The notes: generated from the sequence alone by a model not told the origin. Shown: positions 9,523 to 20,609, counted from the stretch's first letter. The stretch is 64,000 bases of DNA from Acutalibacteraceae bacterium (GCA_045612765.1 JAZKZS010000013.1:5275-69274), one strand, 5' to 3'. Numbers and translations are program-made.

Positions 9523-10263
9523 TCAAGACGATACTTGAATATACCTTGCCGCCACGTAACCTACAATCCCGTTATACTGAATTAAATACCAGTCGGGCAG
9601 GGTTGCAAAAATTGTCACCTCGGCACCGTTTGGTATTCGCCCCACAATAAAGGCATCGGTTATGGGGCGTGTTCTGACGTTTAAATGACCGCCGTTTGTT
9701 CTGACACTTCCCACCCTTATAGGCTGCGGCAAATTAAAGGGTATGCCAAAATATTCGCTAAGTGACTGCACAAGCGTACGTGCAATTAAATCAATATTAT
9801 TTCGCACCCAATCGGCATCCTCGGGGTTGTCGTGGTACCCAATTTCTATTAAAACACCGGGTGCCCGTACACGTGCCACCTCACCAAGCGAGGTAGTCGG
9901 TATTGCAGTAACGTTTTGCGGCAAAGGGTAAATTTGTTTGAAATCATTAACCAAAATATCGGCAAATTTTTTACCCGAAACACTTGACGGATAATAATAA
10001 ACCTCTACCCCACGGCGACTGCCGTTGCCTGAAGCAGTAGCGTTTGAATGGAGCGCCAAATGCAAATCAAAAACACCGCTGTTTGATGCGGCAATTGCAC
10101 TTGCCGCATTCATTTCGGGATTATTTCGCACAAACTGAATACCGCTTGCGGCTAAATAGGGCTCCATCGCATCGGCAATTAAATTCATATAATATTCTTC
10201 GTTACCACCGTTTACGTATGGGTTAAATTCCTGTGTGGAGGGGCTTAAATAAATTGTCGGCAT
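9523..10263 (-). CDS. N-acetylmuramoyl-L-alanine amidase (Amidase_3) with C-terminal SH3 domain
   Basis: Has IYLSPSTQEFN and LALHSNA...GYHDN amidase motifs and an SH3-like tail (GHLNVRTRP...GYVAARYI). The ATG at 10263 lies 9 nt after AAAGGA. Confidence 0.85.
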   Translation of the reverse strand: MPTIYLSPSTQEFNPYVNGGNEEYYMNLIADAMEPYLAASGIQFVRNNPEMNAASAIAASNSGVFDLHLALHSNATASGNGSRRGVEVYYYPSSVSGKKFADILVNDFKQIYPLPQNVTAIPTTSLGEVARVRAPGVLIEIGYHDNPEDADWVRNNIDLIARTLVQSLSEYFGIPFNLPQPIRVGSVRTNGGHLNVRTRPITDAFIVGRIPNGAEVTIFATLPDWYLIQYNGIVGYVAARYIQVSS

Positions 10264-10312
10264 AAAAAAACATCCTTTCATTTCAAGTTATGAAACAAAA
10301 GGACGTTGTATG

Positions 10313-10849
10313 TTAAATATTAATCCTGTCGGCCGATTTTTTAACAACCGATAAAAACCAACAATATAAAGCTTCGCCAAGCTCTTGATATATTGGGTCG
10401 CCATCGTGCGAGCAAAGCATTGCAAAGGTTTGCCCCATTCGTCTTTCAAGGTCAAAGCCTCGACGAAAAACAAGATAATAAAACGAAAAAGCGCCCGTAT
10501 CGGTCGAGGTTTTATAAAGCTCCTCATTTTTTTGCTTTAAGGTATCAAGAAAGCTTTTTTGGGCAATACCCGTAATGGTATCGTCGGGAGCGAATTCCTC
10601 AAAACCGACGGTAGCAGTAAAAGAAATTAAAAGTCGGCGCTGAATAAAAATATCGTTGCCGATTTCCTCCGATAAGGGATTTTCGTTAGCGTCGGCAATA
10701 AATTCAAGCGCAACATCCCTGCCCCACTGTTCAGCCTTTTTTTGAATTTCGTCCGAAACCTTTGTGCCGTCAGCAGCGCTGTTTAAATTTCTCTTTACAT
10801 CTATGGAAGGCTTGTCGCCTACGATTTTAATGTCTTCATCTAAAAACAA
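10313..10849 (-). CDS. hypothetical protein (178 aa)
   Basis: The ORF fills the interval, with a TTG start after AAGGA. I recognise no family. Confidence 0.5.
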   Translation of the reverse strand: MFLDEDIKIVGDKPSIDVKRNLNSAADGTKVSDEIQKKAEQWGRDVALEFIADANENPLSEEIGNDIFIQRRLLISFTATVGFEEFAPDDTITGIAQKSFLDTLKQKNEELYKTSTDTGAFSFYYLVFRRGFDLERRMGQTFAMLCSHDGDPIYQELGEALYCWFLSVVKKSADRINI

Positions 10850-10862
10850 TTAAATCATTCCT

Positions 10863-11105
10863 TTATTGTAAACTCTTAAGGGCTTGTGCCAACTGGTCAG
10901 GACAGGAAGTGCCCTTAAAACCACATTTTGTGCCTTCAAGACGTGCGATAACGTCTTCCACAAGCATACCCTCAACAAGTGCGGATATACCTTTTGTGTT
11001 ACCGTTACATCCGCCTTCAAACTTAAGATTATAAACCCTTCCGTCTTCAATGTCGGCGGTGATTGTCCTAGCACAAACCCCACTAGTTTTATATGAAAGC
11101 TTCAT
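10863..11105 (-). CDS. TSCPD-domain small protein (TIGR03905-like, 4 Cys)
   Basis: 80 aa with SGVCARTI...FEGGCNGNTKGI...GTKCGFKGTSCPDQLA. Confidence 0.8.
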   Translation of the reverse strand: MKLSYKTSGVCARTITADIEDGRVYNLKFEGGCNGNTKGISALVEGMLVEDVIARLEGTKCGFKGTSCPDQLAQALKSLQ

Positions 11106-11116
11106 ATTAATTATTC

Positions 11117-12169
11117 CTATCTATCCTTAAATTTATTGCTTCTTACGGGGTGACGTAGCTTTCTTAAAGCCTTTGCTTCAATTTGGCGAATACGCTCACG
11201 TGTAACGTTAAATTCCGAGCCAACCTCTTCAAGGGTATGGCATCTGCCGTCCATAAGACCAAAGCGCAAACGAATAACGGCTTCTTCACGGGGTGTAAGA
11301 GTCTTTAAAACACCGTCGATATCTTCGTTTGTAATGGTTTTCAAAGCAGCTTCATCAGGTGCCAATGCGTCTTCGTCACGGATAAAGTCCATAAGGCGAG
11401 AATCTTCCTCAGGACCTATTGGTGTTTCCATTGAAACAGGTTCCTGTGCGACACGCATAATTTCACGTACACGTTCAACTGGTAAATCCATCTTTTCAGC
11501 AATAAGCTCTTCACTTGGCTCTGAGCCGTTTTCGTGCAAAAGCTGACTTTGAATTTTCTTTAAACGGTTAATGGTTTCAACCATGTGAACAGGAATACGA
11601 ATAGTTCTTGCCTGGTCGGCAATGGCTCGGGTAATAGCTTGTCTAATCCACCATGTAGCATAGGTTGAGAATTTAAAGCCCTTTGTATAGTCGAACTTAT
11701 CAACAGCCTTAATAAGACCAACGTTACCCTCTTGAATTAGGTCAAGGAAGTACATACCACGGCCAACGTATTTTTTAGCAATACTTACAACAAGACGAAG
11801 GTTTGCTTCGGTAAGACGTTGCTTTGCATACTGACTGCCTTCGCTTATTTTAACCGCAAGTTCAATTTCCTCCTCAGAAGACAAAAGCGGAACACGGCCA
11901 ATTTCACGAAGATAAACTTTTACAGGGTCATCAAGTGAAATATTATCAAAATTTGTGTCATCGGTTAAAGCATCAACGTCAACGTCTACCTCTTTAAGCT
12001 CTTCTTCGGTAGGTTCTTCGTCGAAATCAAGTTCTAAAACAGTAGGCTCAGAAAAAAGCTCCTCTAAATCCTCGGGTGCGTTTTCAATATCGTGTATACT
12101 TTCTTCTTTAGGCTCGATTTCTTCAATTTCGGTATTTAAAAGTTTTTCTTCCTTTTTTGTTTTAGCCAT
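11117..12169 (-). CDS. rpoD: RNA polymerase primary sigma factor
   Basis: Acidic N-terminus, region 2 ([27 protein letters not shown]) and region 4 ([30 protein letters not shown]). Immediately downstream of dnaG. Confidence 0.95.
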   Translation of the reverse strand: MAKTKKEEKLLNTEIEEIEPKEESIHDIENAPEDLEELFSEPTVLELDFDEEPTEEELKEVDVDVDALTDDTNFDNISLDDPVKVYLREIGRVPLLSSEEEIELAVKISEGSQYAKQRLTEANLRLVVSIAKKYVGRGMYFLDLIQEGNVGLIKAVDKFDYTKGFKFSTYATWWIRQAITRAIADQARTIRIPVHMVETINRLKKIQSQLLHENGSEPSEELIAEKMDLPVERVREIMRVAQEPVSMETPIGPEEDSRLMDFIRDEDALAPDEAALKTITNEDIDGVLKTLTPREEAVIRLRFGLMDGRCHTLEEVGSEFNVTRERIRQIEAKALRKLRHPVRSNKFKDR

Positions 12170-12183
12170 TTTCAAATTCTCCT

Positions 12184-13947
12184 TTATTTTTTCTTATCAA
12201 TAATACTTTGAAGCTGTGCCGCCCAATCTTCAACAGAAACTTCAGACGGGTTTTGGTAATTTAAGCGTTCGCTTTCTTCTAATATAACCTTTACACAGTC
12301 AGTTAATACTGTTTTAGGGTTTGCGCCACCCTTATTATTGTTTTGAAGTGAAACCAAATATCCCACTTCAGCAGGTAACAGCTTTTGCGCAAAAACCGAA
12401 ATATCAAGCGCACGACCGTCGTTTAAGGTGTCGCATATAAGCTCGTATATTCTACGATTAAGCCCCGTAACCATGTTATCGGGTGTAAGTTCTTCTTTTA
12501 TTGACTTATAAAAATCAGGGTGCTGTAATAAAAGTGAAATTACAGTTTCTTCAGCGGCGGTACCCTTTAAAGAATTACGCCTTTCGGGGTTAATATCATC
12601 CTTTGAAAATTTGGGGTGAATCACCTCGTTAATTTCAGCCTTTTTAACCGCCCTAATATTCTTTTTGCGAAGCTCGTCCACCCTAGTGGTTAATGCAGTA
12701 CGTGAAACACCGTATTTTTCACAAAGACGGCCAATATAAATATCACGTTCCATAACGTCGTTGGTGGTTGCCAAAATTTCAGCCGCAAGACTTAAATATT
12801 TAAGCCTTCCATCGTCGTTGGTTAAATCAAGTCCCTGTGCCGCCATAAGCAGCTTATATTCCATATTGCTTACCGCACCCTCTAAAAGTGCTTTAAAGCG
12901 TTCAGGTCCTTGGGTTTTAATATATTCGTCAGGGTCCTTGCCGTTAGGAATTGAAACAACCCTAACCGAAAGGCCTGTGTTTCGTAAAATTTCTTCAGCC
13001 CTTTTAACTGCCTTTTGCCCTGCCGCATCGGCATCAAGCATAAGCACAATTTCTTTAGTGTAGCGTGCAATTAAATTGGCCTGTTCGGTTGTAAATGCAG
13101 TGCCTAACGGAGCAACAACGTTTTCAAACCCCGCTTGATGAAGCGATATAACGTCCATATTGCCTTCAACCAAAATTATTTGTTCACTGCAAAAATTCTT
13201 AGCGTAGTTAATACCAAAAAGGTTTTCACTTTTTTTGTAAACCGGTGTGTCAGAGGTGTTAACGTACTTGCCACCCTGCTTGTCCTCGCCCGGCATGGCA
13301 CGTCCGCTAAAGCCGACAACGTTACCCCTTATATTAATTATTGGGAACATTGCACGTTTTCTAAAACGGTCGTAATAGCTGCCACTTTGACTAACGCCAA
13401 CAACGTTTGCCGTTACCATATCACTTATAGTGAAGCCCTTGCCTTTCAGGTGATTGATAAGTGCATCCCAGCTATCAGGTGCGGCGCCTAAACCAAAATG
13501 CTTAATGGTCTTTAGTGTAAGCCCACGGCTTAAATAATATTCAAGCGCCCATTTGCCGTCTTCACTCATTAAATAACTATGGAAAAACTTTGCAGTTTCA
13601 CGGTTAATGTCGTAAACGGTATTTTTAACCTTTTGAAAGCTATTGTCATAACCATCGTCGGGTAATTGAATATTGCTTCTTTCGGCTAAAAGCTTTACAG
13701 CTTCGATATAATCTAAATTTTCAATAAGACCAGTAAAGACAACGACATCTCCGCCGACACCACATCCAAAGCAGTAAAATGACCCACTTTCAGGATAAAC
13801 GGTAAAGGACGGGGTTTTTTCACTGTGGAACGGGCAAAGACCAACAAGGTTTTTACCCCTGCGCTTTAACACAGAATATTGCGAAATAACCGTTTCAATA
13901 TCGTTTCTGTACTTTATTTCGTTTATAACCTCTTCAGGTATTGCCAT
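12184..13947 (-). CDS. dnaG: DNA primase
   Basis: Zinc finger [13 protein letters not shown]...CFGCG and TOPRIM motifs ([16 protein letters not shown]). Confidence 0.95.
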   Translation of the reverse strand: MAIPEEVINEIKYRNDIETVISQYSVLKRRGKNLVGLCPFHSEKTPSFTVYPESGSFYCFGCGVGGDVVVFTGLIENLDYIEAVKLLAERSNIQLPDDGYDNSFQKVKNTVYDINRETAKFFHSYLMSEDGKWALEYYLSRGLTLKTIKHFGLGAAPDSWDALINHLKGKGFTISDMVTANVVGVSQSGSYYDRFRKRAMFPIINIRGNVVGFSGRAMPGEDKQGGKYVNTSDTPVYKKSENLFGINYAKNFCSEQIILVEGNMDVISLHQAGFENVVAPLGTAFTTEQANLIARYTKEIVLMLDADAAGQKAVKRAEEILRNTGLSVRVVSIPNGKDPDEYIKTQGPERFKALLEGAVSNMEYKLLMAAQGLDLTNDDGRLKYLSLAAEILATTNDVMERDIYIGRLCEKYGVSRTALTTRVDELRKKNIRAVKKAEINEVIHPKFSKDDINPERRNSLKGTAAEETVISLLLQHPDFYKSIKEELTPDNMVTGLNRRIYELICDTLNDGRALDISVFAQKLLPAEVGYLVSLQNNNKGGANPKTVLTDCVKVILEESERLNYQNPSEVSVEDWAAQLQSIIDKKK

Positions 13948-13978
13948 AAAAACACCGCCCTTTCGTTGAAAATTTAAA

Positions 13979-14977
13979 TTAAATTGACCAACCCTTAGGA
14001 ATGTAAATATTAGAATAAACCGTAACGGCGTAATGGTCGGTCATACCTGCAATATAGTCGCATATTGCACGGTCGATACCGTCGGTTTCAAGTATAGCCT
14101 TATATTCGTCACCCAATTTTTCTGGATGTGCTTTAAAGTATTTATACATACCCTCAACAATGCCAAGCACCTTACTTTCTTCAGCCTTGGCAACAGGGTT
14201 GCGGTAAACGTGTTCGTACAAAAATTCGTGCAGTTCATTATAATAAGTGAAAGTTTCTTCATCCATTACAATGTCCTGACTGCCGTTTTTAACAATTGAA
14301 TTTAAAAGTGTTGTAATGCGCTTGGTTTTGGTGTGCCCCAAAGCATCACGAATTTCTTTAGGTATATCATCATTAGAAATTACACCTGCACGTACAGCAT
14401 CGTCAATATCGTGATTTATGTATGCAATACGGTCAGCAAAGCGTACAAGCTTGCCTTCAAGAGTATTTGCCCATTCACCACGGGTGTGGCGTTCAATACC
14501 GTCAAGCACCTCGTAGGTTAAATTTAAGCCCCTACCCTCTTTTTCAAGACGTTCACACACACGAACACTTTGCTCAAAATGTGTAAAATTAAACGGCATT
14601 AAATCGTTAAGCGCCCTTTCACCTGCATGACCAAAGGGTGTATGACCCAAATCGTGACCTAAAGCGATTGCCTCGGTTAAATCTTCATTAAGTCTTAAAG
14701 CGCGTGCAACAGTACGCGCAATTTGCGACACCTCAAACGTGTGGGTTAAACGGGTGCGATAATGGTCAGATTCAGGTGACAAAAACACCTGTGTTTTATG
14801 CTTTAAACGGCGAAAAGCCTTTGAATGAATAATTCTGTCCCTGTCACGCTGAAAGTCAGTACGAAGGGTACACTTTTCCTCATCACGTTTTCTGCCCTTT
14901 GAATTAGCACTTAATGTAGCATTTTCACACAATAATATTTTTTCATTATCTTCAGTTATAATTCTTGCACATTCCAC
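13979..14977 (-). CDS. dgt: dGTP triphosphohydrolase-like HD-domain phosphohydrolase
   Basis: Has RTRLTHTFEVSQIARTVA and GHDLGHTPFGHAGE HD motifs. The GTG start lies 8 nt after AGGAGG. Confidence 0.85.
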   Translation of the reverse strand: MECARIITEDNEKILLCENATLSANSKGRKRDEEKCTLRTDFQRDRDRIIHSKAFRRLKHKTQVFLSPESDHYRTRLTHTFEVSQIARTVARALRLNEDLTEAIALGHDLGHTPFGHAGERALNDLMPFNFTHFEQSVRVCERLEKEGRGLNLTYEVLDGIERHTRGEWANTLEGKLVRFADRIAYINHDIDDAVRAGVISNDDIPKEIRDALGHTKTKRITTLLNSIVKNGSQDIVMDEETFTYYNELHEFLYEHVYRNPVAKAEESKVLGIVEGMYKYFKAHPEKLGDEYKAILETDGIDRAICDYIAGMTDHYAVTVYSNIYIPKGWSI

Positions 14978-15027
14978 ATTATTCGCCTCCTATATAACTA
15001 ATATTAGCAAAAAAACTCAAAAATCCT

Positions 15028-15654
15028 TTATTTTTTTAAAAAAGGCAGTAAAATATGCTCTTTTTCCTCCATTTTAAGCCTTGCACAAAAGGTTTCGCGA
15101 AGCTTATCCTTAAAATCTTCACAAAATTCGTCCTTTAAAACAAGGGTAATGGTAATTTTATCGGTATATTGAGTATCCTTAATTTCACCGTCACATGCGG
15201 CAATAAGGTTTTGAAGCAGGGTTAAATCTGAATATTCGCAAACAATTTCACCTAAAATCCCGTGAAGCATAATATAAACCTCGGCCGAGGATAAAACATC
15301 CTGTGTGGATTTAGAATAAGCCCTGACTAAACCGCCCGTACCAAGCAAAATGCCACCAAAATAACGTGTTACAACCACCGCAATATTAGTAATGCCGCTG
15401 CCCTGAATACAGTCAAGCATTGGCTTGCCTGCCGTACCGTGAGGCTCGCCATCGTCTGAAAAACGGCAAGAACGCCCCTCGTCTACCGAATAGGCATAGC
15501 AATTGTGCCTTGCATCCCAATATTTCGACTTCATTTCCTTAACAAAGGCATTTGCCTCTTCTTCATTTTCGCAATGGCAAAGGGTTGCAATAAAGCGTGA
15601 ACGCTTTTCAACATATTCAGTTTCGTTTCGCTTAAACACGGTTTGATAGCCCAT
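15028..15654 (-). CDS. YigZ/IMPACT family protein
   Basis: Contains EKRSRFIA...DDGEPHGTAGKPML...VVVTRYFGGILLGTGGLVRAY. Confidence 0.8.
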   Translation of the reverse strand: MGYQTVFKRNETEYVEKRSRFIATLCHCENEEEANAFVKEMKSKYWDARHNCYAYSVDEGRSCRFSDDGEPHGTAGKPMLDCIQGSGITNIAVVVTRYFGGILLGTGGLVRAYSKSTQDVLSSAEVYIMLHGILGEIVCEYSDLTLLQNLIAACDGEIKDTQYTDKITITLVLKDEFCEDFKDKLRETFCARLKMEEKEHILLPFLKK

Positions 15655-15681
15655 TTTCACACCTGCCTAAAATTATATAAA

Positions 15682-15717
15682 GAAAAATCCGCAGCCGCCT
15701 TTACGGCAGTTGCGGAA
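15682..15717 (-). terminator. terminator after rpmE
   Basis: Interrupted GC stem CCGCA-GCCG/CGGC-TGCGG, followed on the minus strand by a T-run. Confidence 0.55.
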
Positions 15718-15729
15718 ACAAAGGTAAAA

Positions 15730-15933
15730 TTATTTATTGATATTGAAACGCTTGTTAAATCTATCAACGCGTCCGCCGGTATCTACCAATTTTTGCTTAC
15801 CGGTGAAAAAAGGATGACATTTAGAGCAGATATCTAAACGGATATCCTTTTTAGTAGAACGAGTTTCAAACTCAGCACCACAAGCGCATTTAACTGTTAC
15901 CTTTTCATACTCAGGATGAATTCCTTGTTTCAT
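15730..15933 (-). CDS. rpmE: 50S ribosomal protein L31 (zinc-binding type)
   Basis: Has MKQGIHPEY and CxC...CSKCHPF motifs. The ATG at 15933 lies 8 nt after GGGAG. Confidence 0.95.
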   Translation of the reverse strand: MKQGIHPEYEKVTVKCACGAEFETRSTKKDIRLDICSKCHPFFTGKQKLVDTGGRVDRFNKRFNINK

Positions 15934-15967
15934 CTTGGTCACTCCCTTCCATAACGATAGCCAAGAT

Positions 15968-15996
15968 ATAATACCACAAAATTATTAAAAATGCAA
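15968..15996 (-). promoter_or_regulatory. sigma-A type promoter for rpmE
   Basis: Minus strand reads TTGCAT, a 17-nt spacer ending in TGG, then TATTAT. Confidence 0.5.
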
Positions 15997-16003
15997 GTGT
16001 TTT

Positions 16004-16600
16004 TTAGCGATTTATAAAATTTTTTATTTTTTCATAAATTTCAACCGTTTTAAACCGCATTATATAGCGTTTTCCGCCCTTTGCAATTTGGGCAGATTCG
16101 TCGTTTACTGCATCATTAAGCTCGCCTTTGGCGGCAGGTATGCATACTGTCGGATATACTACGCACCACCAATTTTGCCCTTCGGCTTCGCCCAAGGTAA
16201 TAATTAAGGACTGATATTCCCCCGCCGGTAAAGTAAAATCATCATAATAACGAGTCGAAAATTGAGACACACCAAACGAAGCGTTGGCTGTATAATTAAA
16301 CCCATTTTCCGCTATAACCTCATTTGCAATTTCTTCAAAAAGCGCAAGGTTTTCACAAACAAGATTTTCAGCCTGTTGCAAATCAACCGCGCCTTCAAAA
16401 AGCCCGTCGGTTTGCGCTAAAATTTCGTCCCTTATTTTCAGCTTTAGCTGTTGGTCGGCGTCACTATCGGAATTGGCGATTATATGTAACCGCAAAACAT
16501 TTTGCCTTAAATCATCACAAGCCGCCGAAAAATGCGACATTGAAAGCATAACAGCACAAATTAGCCCAAAACAAATTGATAATTCTATTTTTCTTTTCAT
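16004..16600 (-). CDS. spoIIR: stage II sporulation protein R
   Basis: Signal anchor, then LRLHIIANSDSDADQQLKLKIRD and NWWCVVYP, typical SpoIIR. Confidence 0.85.
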   Translation of the reverse strand: MKRKIELSICFGLICAVMLSMSHFSAACDDLRQNVLRLHIIANSDSDADQQLKLKIRDEILAQTDGLFEGAVDLQQAENLVCENLALFEEIANEVIAENGFNYTANASFGVSQFSTRYYDDFTLPAGEYQSLIITLGEAEGQNWWCVVYPTVCIPAAKGELNDAVNDESAQIAKGGKRYIMRFKTVEIYEKIKNFINR

Positions 16601-16632
16601 AATTAAAGCTCCTTTTAATATTCGCTAAAAGG

Positions 16633-16661
16633 AATATTGCCAAAAGCTTTAATTTTTATTC
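16633..16661 (-). promoter_or_regulatory. candidate sigma-F type promoter for spoIIR
   Basis: Minus strand reads GAATA, a 15-nt spacer, then GGCAATATT. This resembles the forespore sigma-F pattern GYATA-15-GGnRAnAnT. spoIIR is sigma-F dependent in Bacillus. Confidence 0.3.
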
Positions 16662-17489
16662 AAATATAATTGCGCTGTCGCAGGGGGTACATATCCAACA
16701 GGGTATTTGCTTTTCTGATAAAGCGTTTTTTGCCGCCTCGGCTTTTTCGATATCGTCATAAACCGCAAACCAGGTAGGACCGCTTCCCGTAAGCGAAACC
16801 ATTACGGCGTCGGTCTTCGAAAGCTCAGCCTTAACCTTGCTTTGCGGCCATACAGCTTCAAAAGCGTTATATAAATTATCAGAAAGCTGTACCAAGTCGT
16901 TGTTTTTAATTGCTTCAAGCACCGCAAGGTTATTTGCCAAAACGGTTTGTTTCGCATCAAGTCGGCGGTACATTTCAGCAGTCGAAGGTTTTAAATCTGC
17001 CTTAGCAAGCAAAATTGCACCGCTTTTTAAAGGTGCAGCAGGCGTTAAAATTTCGCCTATACCTTGGCTGCGCATACAGCCACCCTTTATAAAAAAGGGT
17101 ACGTCAGCCCCCAATTTAACCGCCATATCACAAAGTGTTTCATACGAAAGGCTTGTATTATAAAGCTTATCAAGTCCCAAAAGCACTGCCGCCGCATCAG
17201 CACTGCCACCACCAAGCCCGGCGCTTAAGGGTATTCGCTTTTCAATTTTAATTTTACAGCCGCCGGCAATATTAGTGCTTTCAAAAAACAGCTTTGCAGC
17301 TTTATAGGCAATATTTTCATCTTTAGACATATCCCCGCAGGCGACGTCAATATCGGTTGCCTTTTCAATAAAAACTGTATCAAAAAGACTTATGGAATGC
17401 ATGACAGTATCAACTAGATGATATCCATCTTCCCTTTTGCCACAAATTGAAAAGGAAAAATTTATTTTAGCATTAGCTTTAATTTTCAC
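16656..17489 (-). CDS. ispE: 4-diphosphocytidyl-2-C-methyl-D-erythritol kinase
   Basis: AKINFSF start and GHMP-kinase motif PLSAGLGGGSADAAA. Confidence 0.9.
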   Translation of the reverse strand: MKIKANAKINFSFSICGKREDGYHLVDTVMHSISLFDTVFIEKATDIDVACGDMSKDENIAYKAAKLFFESTNIAGGCKIKIEKRIPLSAGLGGGSADAAAVLLGLDKLYNTSLSYETLCDMAVKLGADVPFFIKGGCMRSQGIGEILTPAAPLKSGAILLAKADLKPSTAEMYRRLDAKQTVLANNLAVLEAIKNNDLVQLSDNLYNAFEAVWPQSKVKAELSKTDAVMVSLTGSGPTWFAVYDDIEKAEAAKNALSEKQIPCWICTPCDSAIIFE

Positions 17490-18375
17490 GGACTTGCCCC
17501 CTTAAATTTAAAACTAAAATTGATAAAAGCACCAAAACAATACCGCAAAAATGGCAAACGGTAAGAGCTTCGTTAAAAATTGCAACACTTATAACGGTTG
17601 CCACCACAGGCTCAAGGGTAGCAATAATAGGTGCTACCGACGTTGGCACGCCTAAAAGCCCCAATGTATAAAGTAAATACGGTATAACGGTGTTAAAAAT
17701 TGCCATTAAAACCATTACTAAAATGCCCATTGGTGCCGCCGTTACCTGTGTAACAGTTTTTGTAACGTTTACAACAGGTAATGCGCCAATGGCCGCAAAC
17801 AAAAAGGTGTAAAAAGTAATTGTTAAGATGGCATAACCCTTATTAATAAGTATTTGACTGAATATTGTGTAAAGCGAATAGCCAAAGCCGGTTAAAAGGC
17901 CAAAAATTAACGCAGTTAAGGTTATGCGCTGACCTTGGGTAAACAAGCCGGTCACAAAGCAGCAACCCACAAAGGCAATTACCAATGCGGTTATTTTATT
18001 TAGTGTAATTTTTTCACGAAACAATAAAACCGATAAAATTGACACGAAAATAGGTGCAGTATAAAGCAGTACCGCCGCTACTGAAAGTGAAGTTAGCGCC
18101 ATTGTTTTATAATAGCTGAAATTAAACAGCACAATGCTGAAAACACCCGCCGCAGCAAACAGCCATATATCCCTTAGCGCAAGCCTAAATTTGCGCTTAT
18201 CCCTTAGCAAAATAATAAAGCCTAATATAGCAGCCGAAAACATAGCCCTGAAAAAGACAATTTGCATTTCTTTAATGCCGTATTGCCCCGCCGCTTTTAC
18301 AAAAATACCTGCACCACCCCAAAGGGTTGCGGCAACTAAAACGTATAAAAAATGTATATTAAATTTTGACTTCAA
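17479..18375 (-). CDS. EamA/DMT family transporter
   Basis: 298 aa with 10 TM helices in two EamA-like halves. Confidence 0.8.
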   Translation of the reverse strand: MKSKFNIHFLYVLVAATLWGGAGIFVKAAGQYGIKEMQIVFFRAMFSAAILGFIILLRDKRKFRLALRDIWLFAAAGVFSIVLFNFSYYKTMALTSLSVAAVLLYTAPIFVSILSVLLFREKITLNKITALVIAFVGCCFVTGLFTQGQRITLTALIFGLLTGFGYSLYTIFSQILINKGYAILTITFYTFLFAAIGALPVVNVTKTVTQVTAAPMGILVMVLMAIFNTVIPYLLYTLGLLGVPTSVAPIIATLEPVVATVISVAIFNEALTVCHFCGIVLVLLSILVLNLRGQVREN

Positions 18376-18390
18376 AAACTATCACCCGCA

Positions 18391-18423
18391 AAAACAAAAG
18401 GCATAATTCCGAAGAATTATACC
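18391..18423 (-). terminator. terminator after the polysaccharide deacetylase gene
   Basis: 10-bp stem GGCATAATTC/GAATTATACC with one mismatch and loop CGAA. On the minus strand it is followed by TTTTGTTTT. Confidence 0.6.
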
Positions 18424-18459
18424 TTTATTTTAACTATATAATAATATTATGTCAAGAAA

Positions 18460-19464
18460 TTAGTTGCGCACAGTATGCTGAAAGCCATAGCATTTTTCAT
18501 TTAACGCTTCAAAACGGTAACCCATCGACTTTAAGCCCTTTAAAATTTCGGGAAGCGCTTCAACCGTTGTTTTTTTAGATGACGTATCGTGCATTAAAAC
18601 ACAAATGGAATTCTTTTTAGTAGCAGCGTTTAAAACACTGTTGACAATTGTTTTAGCAGGCACGTTTTTAGCCGAAGCATCACCCGAATCTACGTTCCAG
18701 TCAAAATAGGCATAGCCCTTAATTTTAACCTGATTTGTAAGCCGTGTCATAACACCCTTGCAATAAGATTTGCTAACCTTGTTACTGCCGCCACCCGGAA
18801 AACGAATAACTTTTGAATGAACACCTATCAAATCGTAAACCTTGTCAGAAAGGGTGTTTAAATCGTTAAAAAACGCGTCGGTGCTTTTATATATTTTAGA
18901 ATAATCGTGTGTGTTTGAATGAAGCCCGATGGTATGCCCCTTTTCCGCAATTTTAGGTAAGTATTGCAGCTTTGCACTGCCTATCACAAAAAAGGTTGCT
19001 TTAGCGTCGTATTTATCCAAAATATCTAAAATTTCAAGTGTGCGGTCAGACGGCCCATCATCAAAGGTTAAATAACAAACCTTACTTTGCGGTATAACCG
19101 TTGCTTGTGGTGAATTTTGCGCCGCAAGACTTTTTTCAGCCTCTATTACCTTTTTTGCACTTGCCTTATTTAAAAGTGATTTAGCATCCTTAATTTCCTT
19201 TTGTGCGGCTTCAAGCTTAAATTTTAAATCATTATTTTCTTTTTCAAGCTGTGCATTTTTATCCTTAGTTTCAGCATTTTCGGCCTTCATTTTATCATAT
19301 AAGCCATTAGCTTTATCCATATCGGCCATTGTTGTTACTACGCGGTTTTTAAGCATATAATTTTGTATGGTTAAAACAACCGTGCAAGCGCTCATTCCCA
19401 CAAGAGCGGCCACTAAAATTGAAACTACTATTATAAATACGTTGGTTTTAACAAATTTTTTCAA
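18460..19464 (-). CDS. polysaccharide deacetylase (NodB domain) with N-terminal TM anchor and coiled coil
   Basis: Contains LTFDDGPS...HSNTHD...VLMHD. TTG start. Confidence 0.8.
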   Translation of the reverse strand: MKKFVKTNVFIIVVSILVAALVGMSACTVVLTIQNYMLKNRVVTTMADMDKANGLYDKMKAENAETKDKNAQLEKENNDLKFKLEAAQKEIKDAKSLLNKASAKKVIEAEKSLAAQNSPQATVIPQSKVCYLTFDDGPSDRTLEILDILDKYDAKATFFVIGSAKLQYLPKIAEKGHTIGLHSNTHDYSKIYKSTDAFFNDLNTLSDKVYDLIGVHSKVIRFPGGGSNKVSKSYCKGVMTRLTNQVKIKGYAYFDWNVDSGDASAKNVPAKTIVNSVLNAATKKNSICVLMHDTSSKKTTVEALPEILKGLKSMGYRFEALNEKCYGFQHTVRN

Positions 19465-19562
19465 AATCTCAGTCCTTAAAGTTGTTGCTTTATAATTATA
19501 GCAAATTTAATGAAAAAAAGTCATTACAAATTATTACAAAATACGACACAAAAATAAAAAAG

Positions 19563-19591
19563 TTGCCAAAACCAATATTTAATGGTATAAT
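19563..19591 (+). promoter_or_regulatory. sigma-A type promoter for degV
   Basis: TTGCCA, a 17-nt spacer ending in TGG, then TATAAT. Confidence 0.6.
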
Positions 19592-19622
19592 ATCGGGGTA
19601 AACTTATTGTGGAGGAAAACTT

Positions 19623-20480
19623 ATGTCTAACATTATAATTACTTGTGATTCTACTGCTGACTTACCGTTAGCACTTCGTGAAAAATATAACATTAACGTT
19701 ATTCCCCTTGGCGTAACCTTGGGCGCTACCACCTATCAGGACGGTGTAAACATTACACCTGACGAAATTTATGCACACCACGCAAAAACAGGTGAATTAC
19801 CCAAAACCACCGCTGCAAACGTTGGCGACTTTTTGGATTTCTTTACACCCTTTGTTGAAGCAGGCAAAACTATAATTCACTTCCCCATATCTTCAGAAAT
19901 GTCCTCAACCTATAACAACGCTTTACTTGCTGCGGCTGATTTAGGTAACGTTTTTGTTGTTGATTCTAAAAACCTTTCAACAGGTATCGGTCTTGTTGTG
20001 CTTGCCGCTGCTGAAATGGCACAAAACGGCTTGAGCGCTGAAGAAATTATTGCAAAAGCTGAAGAGCTTGTAAAATGCGCCGATGCATCCTTTGTAATTG
20101 ACAACCTTGAATATTTACACAAGGGTGGCAGATGCTCGGCTGTTGCAATGCTTGGCGCAAACCTTTTAAAATTAAAGCCCTGCATTGACGTTACAAACGG
20201 CAAAATGGACGTTAGCAAAAAATACCGTGGCAAATATGGCGAGGTTTTAAAGCAATATGTATCAGAACGCCTTGCAAACCTTGACGATATTGACAATACC
20301 CGCATTTTTGTTACCCACGCAGGCTGTGCCGACGAAATTGTAAACGCTGTTATTGCACAAGTTGAAGCTTACGGTTACTTTAAGGAAGTTATTCCCTGCC
20401 GTGCGGGTTGCACCATCTCATCACACTGCGGCGCTGACACATTGGGTATTTTGTATATCCGCAAGTCACTCAAAGCGTAA
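19623..20480 (+). CDS. DegV family fatty-acid-binding protein
   Basis: Contains IIITCDSTADLP...SSEMSSTYNNA...GGRCS, typical DegV. Confidence 0.9.
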   Translation: MSNIIITCDSTADLPLALREKYNINVIPLGVTLGATTYQDGVNITPDEIYAHHAKTGELPKTTAANVGDFLDFFTPFVEAGKTIIHFPISSEMSSTYNNALLAAADLGNVFVVDSKNLSTGIGLVVLAAAEMAQNGLSAEEIIAKAEELVKCADASFVIDNLEYLHKGGRCSAVAMLGANLLKLKPCIDVTNGKMDVSKKYRGKYGEVLKQYVSERLANLDDIDNTRIFVTHAGCADEIVNAVIAQVEAYGYFKEVIPCRAGCTISSHCGADTLGILYIRKSLKA

Positions 20481-20575
20481 TTTTGCATAGTATATTGCAG
20501 GGGACCTTTTCAGGATGTCCTGCATATCGGCGGCAAAAATGTTTTTGTCTTTAAAATTACCGATTATTCCCCTTT

Positions 20576-20609
20576 ATATAAAAAAGCCATCCGTCTGGAT
20601 GGCTTTTTT
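20576..20609. terminator. bidirectional terminator shared by convergent degV and pflA
   Basis: Stem GCCATCC/GGATGGC with loop GTCT at 20586-20603, flanked by A5 and T6. It is a near copy of the hairpin at 25554-25575. Confidence 0.75.

Noticed and set aside
10850-11096. ORFs 10850..11083 (minus strand) and 10884..11096 (plus strand) overlapping the TSCPD gene, and 10288..10527 overlapping the 178-aa gene
   Set aside because: They are alternative frames of better-supported ORFs.
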